The notes under the pieces were generated by a model. The model was not told the DNA's origin, ran no database searches, and saw nothing but the letters and a program-made list of their open reading frames with translations. DNA of 34,571 nt from Abditibacteriaceae bacterium (GTDB lineage: Bacteria > Armatimonadota > Abditibacteriia > Abditibacteriales > Abditibacteriaceae). The stretch covers positions 1-34,571 of the forward strand of contig JANMKN010000296.1 in assembly GCA_031372065.1 (NCBI GenBank), read 5' to 3'. The position numbers and the translations under genes are program-made. Positions 34,061 to 34,571 of this stretch are shown here, piece after piece (the first letter of the stretch is position 1; every line of letters starts with the position of its first letter).

Positions 34061-34393
34061 CCCTCACCCCCGGCCCCTCTCCCCCGAACGCTGCGCTGGG
34101 GAGAGGGGAGTTTACCCCTTACGCCTCTTCATGCTTGAAACGAGCAGAAAAGTGTGAGCAAGATTCTCCTCTCCCCAGCGCAGCGTTCGGGTGAGAGGCC
34201 GGGTGAGGGGACGAACTACAAAGCGGTTCTTTCCAGCGCTTACCATAAGCCCACTGCGTAACAGGGGATAGACATCAACAGGCCCTATAGGCATCAACTT
34301 AAGAAATTTGGAGTGCAAAGGAGTGACTTTGTCACTCTCGGAACCCCTCACCCCCGGCCCCTCTCCCCCAGTCCGCTTCGCGGGGAGAGGGGT
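34061..34393. repeat. Three copies of a CCCTCACCCC..CCCTCTCCC...GGGAGAGGG REP-like palindrome
   Basis: Copy 1 at 34061-34110, inverted copy 2 at 34166-34210 (shares the CGAACGCTGCGCTG core), direct copy 3 at 34344-34393. Confidence 0.9.
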
Positions 34394-34406
34394 GTCTGGC
34401 GCGTTA

Positions 34407-34532
34407 GGCTACTACTCGGCTGAGAGACCCCTGGAGTGAACCCCTGAATTGCAACAAGTAGTTAAGGACTGTTGTCTTTGTGGACTGCCTCAAATTCGGC
34501 TGGTGGAAGATAGCCCAGAGCCGAGTGCAGCC
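34407..34532. repeat. Element bounded by imperfect inverted repeats
   Basis: GGCTACTACTCGGCT ... AGCCGAGTGCAGCC. Confidence 0.45.
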
Positions 34533-34571
34533 GCTTCTGATTATAAACCATTTCCAAGAACTGACCAATGT

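Noticed and set aside
34112..34351. 79-aa ORF in the terminal intergenic region
   Set aside because: It starts within and runs through REP-like repeats; no coding signature.

Overview
A ~55% GC bacterial chromosomal segment. The gene content (DUF1559/H-X9-DG protein, DUF2298 protein, ARC/Mpa-type ATPase, T-box) suggests an Armatimonadota/Abditibacteriota-like organism; this is inference only. It holds mostly housekeeping and envelope genes: the 5' part of a secreted repeat protein, a PhyH dioxygenase, phosphoglucomutase/mannomutase, a GT39-like glycosyltransferase, a phosphodiester glycosidase, holA, a MoxR/DUF58/transglutaminase trio, comEC, prmA-rsmE, a STAS/anti-sigma pair, T-box-controlled ilvBN, a double ABC-2 permease, HtrA, DUF2298, an ARC/Mpa-like AAA ATPase and a sialidase-fold protein. 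There are two gene remnants (hydantoinase C-terminus; GAF-GGDEF). I saw no CRISPR array, transposase, tRNA or rRNA. The most notable signals are: a complete T-box with a valine (GUC) specifier on ilvBN; palindromic DNA elements read in frame inside proteins; an indel-free 21-bp tandem array; an orphan ARC-like ATPase without an HbYX tail; and many short palindromic elements of unrelated sequence families.
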